Source: Nemertoderma westbladi
Taxonomy: Eukaryota; Animalia; Xenacoelomorpha
Length of the DNA: 64,000 bases
Direction: 5' to 3'
Assembly (NCBI GenBank): GCA_032718475.1
Contig: JAUCBJ010008829.1
Span: forward strand, 62,001 to 126,000
The position numbers and the translations under genes are program-made. Positions 1 through 11,539 of this stretch are shown in pieces (the first letter of the stretch is position 1; every line of letters starts with the position of its first letter). The notes beneath the pieces were generated by a model that saw only the letters and a program-made list of their open reading frames with translations, was not told the DNA's origin and ran no database searches.

Positions 1-167
1 CCAGGGATCCGTGGAAGAATGGGGAGTCCGATCCCTGGGGATAAAGGGTTGTGCACGGGCGTCATGTCGTCCGTAATCCCCTGGCGCCCCGTCGTCCATT
101 AGTGGAGCCGAAGCCTTTGTAGGCGGAAGGTTGTAGGCGACCCCCACATCCCTCGGCTTAACCTCTG

Positions 168-1103
168 TCACGGTCCGAGAGTTCTCAAATAAACCCGAGG
201 GTTTCCTATCCGCCCAAAGGTTGTTGTTGTCCGACACAGCCGGGATTTCCACAACGCCACCATGGGATGTGCTGCATCCCAGCCATGGCCCGTTATGACC
301 GGGACTTCTACAATGCCACCCTGACATTGCAACGCATCCCGATCATAGTCCGTTACAACCGGGGTTGCCACAACGCCACCCTGATGTTGTGCCGCGTCCC
401 GAATCTCGCGTCCTTCTTCCTCCGATTTCGGTTCCGGCCTTGGGGAGGATGAAGCCATTGGCTGGGGGCCGCGTTGTGTACGTACCAGTACACTCTCCGA
501 CCCCATGACTGCCCGTACCTGTGTGACACCCGAGTTATCTGTTGCCGCCCACCGTTCCGTGTTTCCCTGAGGTGAGAGGGTGAACCCGAATGGTTCAGGT
601 CCGTCCGTCCCTTCACCCCTGACCGCGCCACTGTGACACGGTCTGGCATCCTCAGTTCCTAGATCCAACTCACCATCGAACTCCCGAAGCCGGCCCAAGA
701 GTCCTTCCTCACAGTCCTCCTTAGCTTCTTCCTCCCAGAGTCGCGCTTCGAATTCCACCTTTGCAGCCTCTGGTATCAGTTTTTCCAGCCCGCGTTCATC
801 GTAGACCTTCTGTTCTTCCAGTTTACGTTCCTCGGAGTTCCTCAATTCTCCCAGATTACGTTCCTGTTCCTGATGTATCCATCCTCGTTCCTTTATTGCC
901 CCCAACTGTTCCTTTCGGATCCGTTCCCGTTCGGCTTGAACTCGGAAGCCGATCATCCAAGCTCCATGTTTGGCAAGTCGTGCCACCGAACTCGCCGTGG
1001 TTTTAGCGCTACCGGTAGTGGAGGACGCCCGGCTGCGCCCATCTCTGGTATCGTTGATCGCCGGTTCCATTTTGCCAGAATCCCCACGGATGGTGTCCTC
1101 CAT
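168..1103 (-). CDS. Probable N-terminal gag-like ORF of an unidentified retroelement (charged coiled-coil plus 20-aa repeats)
   Basis: 311-aa ORF with an E/R/K-rich helical region and three ~60-bp repeats (241-400). No diagnostic domain is visible. It lies among TEs with a long AT-rich leader upstream. Confidence 0.35.
   Translation of the reverse strand: MEDTIRGDSGKMEPAINDTRDGRSRASSTTGSAKTTASSVARLAKHGAWMIGFRVQAERERIRKEQLGAIKERGWIHQEQERNLGELRNSEERKLEEQKVYDERGLEKLIPEAAKVEFEARLWEEEAKEDCEEGLLGRLREFDGELDLGTEDARPCHSGAVRGEGTDGPEPFGFTLSPQGNTERWAATDNSGVTQVRAVMGSESVLVRTQRGPQPMASSSPRPEPKSEEEGREIRDAAQHQGGVVATPVVTDYDRDALQCQGGIVEVPVITGHGWDAAHPMVALWKSRLCRTTTTFGRIGNPRVYLRTLGP
241..400. repeat. Imperfect ~60-bp tandem repeat, about 2.7 copies
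   Basis: GGGATTTCCACAACGCCACC / GGGACTTCTACAATGCCACC / GGGGTTGCCACAACGCCACC at ~60-bp spacing. Confidence 0.85.
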
Positions 1104-2243
1104 AGTTTGGTTGTATCCGGTTTGAATGTAAAAAAGGTTTTTGCAGACTATCTACCAGGCCAGCGTGTGGTTGCCTTCAATTCCCTATAAGGTTCGTGGA
1201 GTGTGTGGGGAGTGCAGTAGCCTGGTATGTGCTTGCCTTTTTTTTTAAAGAATAGGCCTATACGAGAGGGGTAGGGGGGGGGGGGGGTTATCCGGATGGT
1301 TTCCTTCCTTGGTCTAGAGATTGGGGAGCCCGTGATTCATTTTCACCATGACAAGGTTTAATTTTTTATTCAATTTCAATCAGACAGTAAAAATTCATGC
1401 GGATATTGCATTAATGATAATAATAAAATTACCGGTCCGGCCGGGACCAAAAAACATTTAATTAAATGGCATGACAGTTAGCTGTGGGATTCGTAGGCTA
1501 CTGAAGAATGAATCCCAGAACTATAGTTTATATACACCGAAATTCAACCAATATAAAAGGTGTTAATGGATTACCGAACAAACTGCACATTACTTCAACA
1601 GGCAAACAAGCAAACGAGCTATAATCAGTTTGACCCTTACGACAATGGAGTAACACAACTTCAACCATCCTAACATAGGCTATTATTAGCTACAACATTC
1701 AAAGTAATAATATCACAAAGCCAAGCCTTGAATACACCCCCCCCCCCCTCCCCCGAAAGGAATCCTCCAATCAAACTTACAAGAGAAATAATGGCCACAT
1801 GTTATCCTACAACTTTACGGAGGCTAATCGTGATTACATATCCAATATAATGGCTAAGTACGCCCACCCCAAGCAATACCCGAGTCTGCCCCAGGTAACA
1901 ATAACCGAGCTAAAAATAAACCCAATAATCAACTTACGGCCCACCAATAAAAATTACAACCCAATGGATGTCGTCACAGCCAATATACAGGTACGCACAC
2001 CAACAAAATCAATATAGAACAAGTCCTAAGCCTAAAATAATCACCCAATAAATGGATCAACATTACAGATTATATGCTGAGAAATAATGCACTAAATAAA
2101 TAATTAAAGACATAAATAAATTATATGCCGAAATAATACATCGCATCGAATAGGTAGATTACATAGGATAAATTCTGAGCCGAAATAACACACCGAATAG
2201 TCAGATTACATAGATAGATTACAAGCTAAAAATAGTGGTAATA

Positions 2244-4186
2244 CTACTAGGATCGGCATGCTGCATTGCAGCTGCATTTTTAAGAATGCTGTGCCGGCTT
2301 GTCAACAAAATTGCACCGCCACAACTCCCTATCACCCATGACATTTGCTAGATCATCCGCATCTTTAAGGCCAGTGTCCTTTAAGATGCGTCTCAAGAAT
2401 GTCATGGGCTGTCCACCATGCTTATTCACTCCATGAGGCTGCCAAAGTACAAGATTATGCACTGGCTGGTCCTCACGGCGAAAGCAATGTCCTGCAAAGC
2501 GGAGGCGATTTTGTTCTAGTGTCAAGCTTGGGGGAACCAATGAGACACCTCCAATGTTATATAGTGTCTGGTTGGAGATGTGTGCATTGTACTTGACACA
2601 ATGTACCCGGCGTAGCATTCTTGTGAATGTGCCATCCAGAGATTTGGTGTCCTCAGCAGTTAGAGCCCAGCATGGACTCCCGTAGAGGAGTACTGGAACT
2701 ACTGCTGCTCTAAATAATCGGACCTTAAGTTTCCGATTAATTCTAGGTGACTTCCAAATCCTGGAAAGCCTATTCAAGGCTGCCCATGCCTTTCCCTTAC
2801 GTATTCGAAGGTCCTCACCTGACTTCCGGATCCATGATCCCAGGTAACAGAAGTCGTCCACATGCTCAAGCATACCATCCTTTGAGCTTATGCTCATCCG
2901 ATCAGAGACTTGCTGAGGACTTTCAAAGTTAACTGTCAGAATTTTGGTCTTTCTGGAGTTAATAAAAAGACCAACACTAGAAGCAGCATGTTCTAATGAG
3001 CTGAGGAGCCGCTGGGCTCCCTCTAATGATTCTGAGAGTACTCCTAAGTCATCAGCAAAGTCTAGATCAGTTAGGTACTTGGCAGGATTTCCTCGACTTC
3101 TGGAGCCAGTAGGTGGAGTTATCATCACCCCATCATCATTATGACGATCTAAGGACATGCGTAGAACATAGTCAACCACAATAATGAACAAGAATGGTGC
3201 AAGCGTGTCTCCTTGGAGTACGCCCCATAACACTTCAAATGGTTCTGTGTCACCGTCAACAGTAGACACAAATGTTGTCGAACCATCGTATACTGATCTG
3301 ATTGCTGCAATAATTTCATCAGGAATCCCATATAATGAAAGTATGCTGAACATACGTGAGCGAGAGACTGAATCAAAGGCCTTGAAGAAGTCAACAAAGA
3401 TAACAGCCAGATGCCTGTCTTTCTTTTTTGATAACTCTTCAATTATCCTTCTAAGTGCCAAAATGGGCTCCATGGTCCCACGACCTTTACGGAACCCATT
3501 CTGATTTCCACGTAGCAGTCTCTCAATGGGATCCCTGATGCGATTTAATAGAATTCTATTGTATAGTTTTGCAGCAATCGAGATCAATGAGATTCCCCGA
3601 AAAGAACCATAGAGTGTTAGGTTGCCCTTCTTGGGGACTGGCACCAACTTATTTGTTTTCATTTCTTGTGGGACTCTTGTTGTACGGTACATGTCTACTA
3701 TGATGGGATAGATGAGCTTTAAACACTCAGGTATTTTAAAGACCTCAGGGGGAACACCATCTACTCCACTGGCACGATTGGTCTTAATGCTCTTTGCAGC
3801 AGCCTTCACTTCTGCAAAGGAGATATCGCCAATGGGAATATCTGGGAGTACAGACTCAGACACTTTTACTTCTATAAAGTTATCAGGCAATACCCTGTCA
3901 TTATTGAGGAGCTTTTCAAAGTGGGCTTTCCAACCATTGAGGCGATCGGCTGGTGATTCAGCCTTAACCTTGGTGGTTGGTTGGCTTTTCCGCCCAGTAA
4001 GCAGATTGATCGATTTCCATGCCTGGGATGATTGCCTGCTGTCGTCAGCATCATTGATGGCATCAACCTGTTGGTTTATTAGCTCCTGTAGATTAACAGA
4101 GTACTGCCTGTTCAGGGACCTAGATGCAGCTTTAACTGCATTCTTGGCCGCTGTAGTCTGTTTGAGTCGGGACTCTTTCTGTGCCT
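2244..4186 (-). mobile_element. 5'-truncated RTE-clade non-LTR retrotransposon flanked by an 89-bp direct repeat
   Basis: RT ORF inside. Identical flanks at 2155-2243 and 4187-4275. Short 3' UTR ending in TAGTAG on the minus strand. Confidence 0.9.
2280..3890 (-). CDS. RTE-type reverse transcriptase (endonuclease missing; degraded continuation to ~4186)
   Basis: Motifs FRGISL, QNGFRKGRG, FVDFFKAFDSV, GVLQGDTLAPFLF, DLDFADD, FCYLGS, LLYGS, RLRFAGH. Confidence 0.92.
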   Translation of the reverse strand: MPDNFIEVKVSESVLPDIPIGDISFAEVKAAAKSIKTNRASGVDGVPPEVFKIPECLKLIYPIIVDMYRTTRVPQEMKTNKLVPVPKKGNLTLYGSFRGISLISIAAKLYNRILLNRIRDPIERLLRGNQNGFRKGRGTMEPILALRRIIEELSKKKDRHLAVIFVDFFKAFDSVSRSRMFSILSLYGIPDEIIAAIRSVYDGSTTFVSTVDGDTEPFEVLWGVLQGDTLAPFLFIIVVDYVLRMSLDRHNDDGVMITPPTGSRSRGNPAKYLTDLDFADDLGVLSESLEGAQRLLSSLEHAASSVGLFINSRKTKILTVNFESPQQVSDRMSISSKDGMLEHVDDFCYLGSWIRKSGEDLRIRKGKAWAALNRLSRIWKSPRINRKLKVRLFRAAVVPVLLYGSPCWALTAEDTKSLDGTFTRMLRRVHCVKYNAHISNQTLYNIGGVSLVPPSLTLEQNRLRFAGHCFRREDQPVHNLVLWQPHGVNKHGGQPMTFLRRILKDTGLKDADDLANVMGDRELWRCNFVDKPAQHS

Positions 4187-4757
4187 TAGATTACATAGGA
4201 TAAATTCTGAGCCGAAATAACACACCGAATAGTCAGATTACATAGATAGATTACAAGCTAAAAATAGTGGTAATAGTAGTATTAGTAGTAATAAATAGAT
4301 AAGACACAAAGCAAATCACATGTTAAAAATAATGCATTAAATAAATAGTATGAATATCAGGCTAAAAAACTAATTTCCCCGTGGAGTCTACTTTGGGCGG
4401 CCGTTCGTCTTAACAAATAATTTACACTTCTTAGAAATAGCATAATTAATTAATAATCGTAATGCAACAACTTGTTCAGTACACCCACGGTTCTTTCTAC
4501 CACCCGCTTGACAGCTGTCAATATTGACCCATCTAAGCAGCCTAGAGTTTATAAGCATATCATAAATCTTACCAAATGAGTCAACAATACTAATACCACG
4601 GTCAAGTTCAAGTTCAAGTTTATTATATTTCATTCTCCTACTGCATAGTACATAGATACTTTAACAAACAAGAACCATAATAAAAATAAATCAACATAAA
4701 GCCCCACCCTTGCTGATAGCAGAGCTAGTGCTGCGAGGGTGGACACTTTTTACAGTA

Positions 4758-4796
<39 letters not shown>
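4758..4796. repeat. Poly-G tract (poly-C in the LINE 3' UTR)
   Basis: About 39 consecutive G. Confidence 0.95.
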
Positions 4797-5069
4797 CGTG
4801 CTATTTGCTTATAATTTTAATTTTGAATAATTTAGAAATATATTGTAAAACTTAAATCTTCAGTAACCATCTATTTTTCACCTCGGGTAATAAAGAGCAA
4901 GAGACAATATTAAAGAAAGAAAATAAAAATTGTTGAAACAAACAGAGAATAACCATTACAAGAAAAGAAAGTGGTGGAAGATCGAAATATAAGAACGAAC
5001 AGTAGGTATAAAAAATGTGACTAAGAGGATATTCAAATGTTTATTAGGAAAATATTTTAGACCGAGCTG

Positions 5070-6080
5070 TTATAAATTTGAAAAAATTGACCTTTTTAGA
5101 GCAGATGAAAATTTGTTTTTTGATTTTTTTGAACGAATGTCGAGTGGCACCGAGTTCCAAATGACAGGACCTCGAAAACTCAGGGATCGTTGGGAAGAGC
5201 TAAGATTAAAAAGAGGAGTTGTGAAGTCGCCACGAACAGAAGAACGAGTATAGTAGTTGTGTACAGTAGATTGTTTAGTGAATAGTTTACCAAGAGTCGA
5301 AGAAGGACATATAGTTTCGGAGTTAATATCGTACATGAATTTTGCGACGGAGTGTTCGTATAGTTTGTTAATGGGTAGTATATTCAGTTTTTTGTAAAGC
5401 GGCAAGGAAGATGATCGATAGTGGGAAAATGTTATACAACGTAGGAGTTTATTAACTTTGATTCGTAAAGGTTTAAGTATTGTTGAATATGTATTACCCC
5501 ACAAGATAATTCCGTAGTTAATGTATGGATGTACTAAAGAAAAGTATAAGGTTTTAAGAATATTTAGAGGAAATACATGGCGCAGTTTGTAAAAAATTCC
5601 GGAAGATTTAGATATTTTTTTCAGAATATAATTAATGTGTGTTTTCCAGGTTAGTTTTGAATCGACCCATATCCCCAGTAATTTAGTGCTATCGGTTAAA
5701 TTTATTTGGGTGTTATCTATTTTTATTTGTGGTACAGAATTGGAGGTCGTTAGGGTACTGTTTGTAAAAATAGTATATTCCGTTTTTTTTAAATTTAGTA
5801 AAAGTTTGTTATCAGTTAACCAGTTATTTAGTTTTGAAAGTTCATTGTTCGTGCTGTTGAGTAGGTAGTGAATGTTAGAATGTGAGTTTAACAGAGTTGT
5901 ATCGTCAGCAAAGAGTGTCGAAAGTAACTTGGTAACATTCGGTAGGTCGTTGATAAAAATAAGAAAGAGAGTCGGGGACAGGACCGAACCTTGGGGGACA
6001 CCGCAAGACAGTGGTAGGAGGGAAGAGTTCTGACCATCTATTGTAACAAATTGATAGCGGTCGGTTAAAAATTTTTTAAA
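5070..6080 (-). pseudogene. C-terminal half of the LINE reverse transcriptase (N-terminal RT domains deleted)
   Basis: Motifs FLTDRYQFV, GVPQGSVLSPTLFLIFINDL, LFADDT, KLLGIWVDSKLTW, YGIILWG. Confidence 0.88.
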
Positions 6081-6123
6081 AGATTTAATGGGGTGCCTCT
6101 GACACCATAGGCCTCCAGCTTCT

Positions 6124-7308
6124 TTAGTAGTATACTGTGGTAATTCTCGTGTAATTCTTAGGTTTATTAAAGATGCAGTTGAATTTTTGCAGAACAATGA
6201 AAGTTGCACGGTGGTCGCAATTCCCGATTTTACAGTTAAAGGTTCCAGCGTTTGAGACAGAAGTAGTAATGTTTGTGATAATGTGGTCAAGTAATGTTTC
6301 GGAATTACGTTTAGGGTCGATTCGAGTAGGGTGGTTGAGTATTTGTAAGAATCCGTAGGAGTTGAGTAAATTAATGTATTCTTTCTGGGTATTATTGTTG
6401 CTAGTTTTCAGTAAGTCAATGTTGATATCTCCAGTAATAATAGTGTCACAGTTATTATTAGTAAGTTTAGTAAGATTAGTATTAAGTAACGTATTGAAGT
6501 CGGTCGGTTTAATCGCGTCAGTGCGGTAGATAGTGCCTACGATAAGAGATTTAGTACCAGGTCTAGCAATTCTAATCCATGAGTTCTCGAGCCCCGGAAT
6601 TTGGAACTCGGGACACTCAGACATTTGTAAAGACTCGCTCACGTAGATAGCGGTGCCACCACGCCTTGTATTTCCAGTCTGGCGATTAGTAAGAATCGGA
6701 CGGTCGTGGTAGCCATTGAATTTAAAAAGATCTAACGGGGTATCACAGTTAAAAAAAGTTTCAGTAAAGGTTAAAATGTCGAATTTAAAGCTTAAGGTAT
6801 CAAGAAAAGTGCTAATGGCACCGTAATTAAAGGGTAAGCTACAGCAATTTAAGTGTAGAACAGAAAAAGAGTCTTTATAGTTAGAGGAAGAAAACTCAGA
6901 CTGGAAATATTCGGCAGTGAGCGACCCCTTATCAAAAGCTAATTTGGTGACGTTTTGATCGGGGTCAATGTTTGAAAAAGTTTGGTTGAAGTTTTGGGAC
7001 TCACTATCTAGTGGTGTTTGTGGATATGTATTATTATTTGAGAATATGTCTTCATCTTGATTAGATATGTTAGAGAACGGAAATGTAGCAATTTGACAGG
7101 AAATACACAAACAATTGTTGACGTTTTGGGACTGAAAATCTGAAGTGTTTAAATGTGAACCGCATTGGAGGTGAAAAATTGACTGGCATAAAGAACACGA
7201 AAAATGGCAATCAGCTGCCGAAATAGTGGAAAAGCAAAAAGCACAGTTAATGGGGACAGATGTGCAGGGGGATTGAATACTCGTATTGTTGGCGGATACC
7301 TTTACCAA
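6124..7308 (-). CDS. PHD finger plus apurinic-like endonuclease (N-terminal part of ORF2)
   Basis: CAFC...CSLC..FHLQC...CISC PHD pattern. APE motifs HLNCCSL, TFTET, RGGTAIY, GTIYR, GDINID, TLLDHI, CDH. Confidence 0.88.
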   Translation of the reverse strand: MVKVSANNTSIQSPCTSVPINCAFCFSTISAADCHFSCSLCQSIFHLQCGSHLNTSDFQSQNVNNCLCISCQIATFPFSNISNQDEDIFSNNNTYPQTPLDSESQNFNQTFSNIDPDQNVTKLAFDKGSLTAEYFQSEFSSSNYKDSFSVLHLNCCSLPFNYGAISTFLDTLSFKFDILTFTETFFNCDTPLDLFKFNGYHDRPILTNRQTGNTRRGGTAIYVSESLQMSECPEFQIPGLENSWIRIARPGTKSLIVGTIYRTDAIKPTDFNTLLNTNLTKLTNNNCDTIITGDINIDLLKTSNNNTQKEYINLLNSYGFLQILNHPTRIDPKRNSETLLDHIITNITTSVSNAGTFNCKIGNCDHRATFIVLQKFNCIFNKPKNYTRITTVYY

Positions 7309-8669
7309 TGGCCGGGCCTACAATAGGACAGTTACTGGCAATAGTGCGAAAAATACCCTCGCCCCCTTCGATATAATCCTCGCCCCCTACGGTAATTACT
7401 GCAGTCCATGCGTGACCCACTATTCTTATAAAGCACAAACAGTTTACTGTAACACCATGCTGGGGGGAATCGTTCATACTCAAATATTACATTGAATATT
7501 GATAACATAAAAATTAACCAAGATCCTGGAAGTTTGCATATTAACCCTAAACTACTGCCCCAATACGCTTTATTAACCTTAATATCAGCTAGAGTATCAG
7601 CAAGCTCGCGTGGAGTAAACTTATCGTCTAGTTCCGGTATATACGGCGCCGATTCAAACTCAGGATCGATTCCAGCGCTTAGCGGAACGGCGCTTGTGGG
7701 ATTTAGTAGAGATTCAAAGTGAGCTTTAAACTGGCTAGGGGGCGGTTGGTCCTGAGCAAGATTATCGTTACCGTCGTACAGGTGGCCCTTCCAGTTTATT
7801 GCCCGCCATATCTGTTTAGGATCATTACCTTCGAGAATGGTTTCCCACCTAGTATATTTGTTGCGTTTATCGAATCTAGTGTTGCAGCCCAGATTGCAAG
7901 GTATTCTAGAACTGGAGGCGATAAGGTTATTTATATCCTTCAGCGTGGTATCTACATCCTCCGGCGATAGACCGACCAGGAGCAGAGGTTTGACTTCCTC
8001 CATTACATTGTGGAACTTGACACAATCGACGTTCGAGTTGTGTGTACTGTTCCCAAGACCAGATTTTGTTTGGTTACCGGAAACGCCCAGGCGTGCTGAG
8101 CAGTTCTTTAGGTCACTAACTGGGACCTGCAAACCGCAATCTACGTCGAGCAGTAGTGTGGCGTGGTCTGATCCGGTTACGGACTGGTCGACTTCCCAGC
8201 GAGAGATACAGTTTAGAATAGGCCCCTTCGCTACACCTATATTGATTTCTGAAACCCATTTATTTCCCATCCTGTATGAAAGATTTCCTCCTAACTGTTT
8301 ACCTTTGTATTCGAGATGGTTTAAAATAAGAGAATTTGTAGATTTACAGATAGCAATCACGTCCTTCCCGTGGCGGTTTACATCTCGGTCGACTATGTTT
8401 CTGTAAGGCACATCTAGGTGAGGCAAAGCGTCGCCAACTCGAGCGTTAAGATCCCTTATGGTTAGATCCCTTATAAGAATCATAAGATCCCTTATGATTC
8501 CTTAGGTTTCTGGTCCGCGGCGCAGTATACCGCGACGAGGTTTCTCAGCTGTTCCTTGTTCATTTTTCCAACTTGGCTGCTGGATAATACACATTTATCG
8601 TCAATACCTGTTAGGTTAGGATCAATATTTTGCTCCATCTTCGGTATAGCTGTATTATACAGTAGTTTT

Positions 8670-9190
8670 GGACAGCATTAACCTTGGGTGAGTGATAGTA
8701 GTATACATGCAAAGCAATGGAGAGAGTGGGAAGCCGAGTTACATCTATTGAAAAATATAGATGTACCCCACTCCTACTTTCCGAATCAGCTGGCTTTTCC
8801 AGCTGATCTGGAATTGCACCTATTCAGTGACGCAAGTGACACCGGCTTTGGTATGGTAGCCTACCTTCACCGTGAGGTAAGTCAGGATAATTTTGAGACG
8901 GCCTTTGTGACTTCTAGATCAAAGACAATGCTGGTCAAATACATGACTGTCCTTCGTGCAGAGTTGCAGGCGGCAGTAGTCTCGATCGAGGTAAGTAAGC
9001 AGATAATAGAGGAGTTAGACACGACCTTGACATTATTTTATTGGACAGATGCATCCTTAGTGTTAGTGTATATTGCAGCCGACAATATTGCACTAAAGAC
9101 ATTTGTAGCCAACAGACGCGCTCAGATCGTCAACTTCTCGTAGAAGGAACAATGGAGACATTGTCCGGGAGTGTTAAACCCGGCTGACAT
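8670..9190 (+). pseudogene. BEL/Pao RNase H fragment, an inverted segment related to element A
   Basis: Motifs LHLFSDAS..GFGMVAYL, RAELQAA, YWTDA, FVANR, WRHCPGVLNPAD. Confidence 0.88.
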
Positions 9191-9237
9191 TGTTCCTTCG
9201 TCGAGAAGTCGACGATCTGAGCGCGTCTGTTGGCTAC

Positions 9238-9384
9238 TGTAATATTCATACTGTATTATTGTATATTGTGTGGTGGTGGTGGTTGTCTATTGTGTGTGCG
9301 ATACATATATATATATGACCCTACCTACCAGTACTGATATATTCCTTATTATACTGATCTAAGCCTACATCCAACTTCACAACA
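9238..9384 (+). repeat. 5' LTR of Gypsy element G
   Basis: TGTAATATTC...TTCACAACA, matching the split 3' LTR. Confidence 0.93.
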
Positions 9385-9400
9385 TGGCGCTGCGAGAAGG
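9385..9400 (+). promoter_or_regulatory. Primer-binding site, probably tRNA-Ser
   Basis: TGGCGCTGCGAGAAGG directly after the LTR. It resembles the complement of animal tRNA-Ser 3' ends. Confidence 0.75.
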
Positions 9401-9492
9401 GTAAGAAAATAAGATTAGAGGTATAAATAAAACTGTCGGCCGACCGTACCTTAAAATAATTAATTATTTGCTGATCCATAAATACTGAAATA

Positions 9493-11539
9493 ATGTCGAC
9501 GACAGCAGTACAAATGGCCAGACGACGACATGGGGGATTCAAGGCGAATTTAACCGGAAAATGAATTCCTGCCGGTCCATCTTGGACAATCTACTACATA
9601 CCGATCCTAAACAGCGATCTCCAGATTCGGTGAGTCGGTTAAAACAAACTTACCAGGAATTAGAAACAGCCAGTCAAGCAGTAGAGGATTCCTTGATGGA
9701 ATTTTTAAAGTTTGATGATGAAGTTACCAGTGTAGGCCTACATGAAACTGAAGAATCTATATATAATTCTGTAGTCGATACAGTCGATCAAATTCGCCTG
9801 GAAGTAACCCAGATAGACAATGAATGTTTGCCGGTTGGCCTATTTCAGGCTGTAGACCCAAATACTGTACCGGTACCATCCATTCCAAAGTTAGAAAATG
9901 CACCAAGGCCAAGTGTAAAACAACCGCCAACTTTAGATGAAAATGTTACATTGAAACAGTTCTGCAACTGGCAAAAATCGTGGTGCAATTATTCCATAAT
10001 GATACATTTATCTAATCAACCTCGTAGAGAACAAGTTTCAGAATTTATGCAGTGTTGTTTGCCCTCTCTTTTAGCATTAATGGAACATGCTATTAACATT
10101 GGACTAACTAACTTAACTTTGGATGAAATATCCACAGAAATTGAAACATATTTACGAGAGAAACAAAATATTGCTTTTGATAGACTTCAGATGATTTTAT
10201 GCAGACAGCAGGAGGGTAAAAATTTTGATTCTTATTACACACCGCGTTGTGAAGCAGGTTTTACAGCAGGTTTAGAGTTGATGACTAAAGACGACTGGAT
10301 GTGTACACTAATCACTGTAGGCATACTAGACGAGGAAGTACGGCAAGATTTGTTGGGTAAACGCCCACATCTATCTCACACTGAAACAGTTAAATTTTGT
10401 CGTAGCGAGGAAGCAGCACGTCGGGATCGTGATCGCATAAGCAAACAACGGTTATCTATATCTACAATCGCTGCAAATAATCATTCACGTACCCCTTATA
10501 AGGAACACAGATTTTCAAGCCCTAACCAAGGACAGACTGGTAATTACAACCAAAGGCGAGGTCGCAGTGGCGGAAGCTGGGATTGCCGGGGGTACGGGCG
10601 TGGCAGCTGGGATCGTAGGGGGTATGGTAGTGGCAGGAGCTACTCAACCTCCAGATATAGACAACAACGAGGGGGAACAGATCATGGAAACTGCTTTAAA
10701 TGTGGTCATTTCAGACACAAAAATCGTGATGAGTGTCCCGCCAAGAATCAACAATGTGGGCGGTGCGGGAAAAATAACCACTTCGCCAGAGTCTGCCATA
10801 GTAATATGTCAAATAAGCAGGGAAATACGAGGGATTCAGAACAAACAACAAGGAATAATGCTGTATATGTGGCTACAGTCAATAACAGTTTGAGTTTACC
10901 CACTGTTTCCATGAGAATAACTGACCCCGTTACAAATGAGTTTCTCGCACAAGTTTCTGCTGTTCCTGATACTGGATCACAGCGAACCGTGGCAAACCGA
11001 GATTTAATTACTGCCATGGATCTAACAGTCGAAGACCTCATGGCAACATCTAAAGACAAACCCGTAAGTATTAATTGTAATATTATACATCAGATAGGCC
11101 AAATTAAACTGTGTATGGAATTATGTGGCCGGAAAATAATGGAAAATGTAGTGATTTGCAAGAATATTCCAGGTACTTATTTATCTTTGGATGCATGTTA
11201 GGGACTGGAAATTGTTTCTCATAATTTTCCCAACCCACCACCTTTACATAACGATACCGGTACAGTAATTTCTGCTGTAGAAACCGGATCAAATTATCCT
11301 TTAATGTCTGAACTGAAACGGAGAGAATTCTGCAATTCATTACCTAAACTACCCAGTGAATTGCAAAAAACAGAAATCCGCAATAAATTATTGGATTTAT
11401 ATAGTAGTGTTTTCGACACCGATGATAAATTAATGTCAATGTCGGGTCCAGAAATCGGAGAACCCATGAAAATTGAATTAATAGATAACGCAAAACCTTA
11501 TGCAATTCATGGGGCGAGACCAATTCCTTTTATCCATAG
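9493..11539 (+). pseudogene. gag: Gypsy G gag-protease and start of pol (frameshift and stops)
   Basis: Double knuckle CFKCG..H....CPAKNQQCGRCGKNNHFARVC and protease PDTGS. Continues to ARPIPF, where B1 is inserted. Confidence 0.88.

Larger units (their letters stand above)
4603..7388 (-). mobile_element. CR1/L2-group (Crack/Daphne-like) LINE with an internal deletion
   Basis: ACGGT duplicated at 4598-4602 and 7389-7393. (AACTTG)n 3' tail at 4603-4620. 3' stem CCACCCT/AGGGTGG at ~4703-4742. PHD-APE and partial RT ORFs. Confidence 0.85.
4412..8655 (-). mobile_element. Degenerate RTEX-like LINE (deleted, 3'-truncated), interrupted by the element at 4603-7388
   Basis: The ORF2 piece 7394-8450 (DLNARVG, GSDHA, IWRAINWKG, DCSNYR) rejoins GISIVDSFGK...CQAGGRKNRGCTEQ at 4412-4600. 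Homologous to the LINE at 31971-35301. An ORF1-like start (MEQNIDPN...) lies near 8640. Confidence 0.8.
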
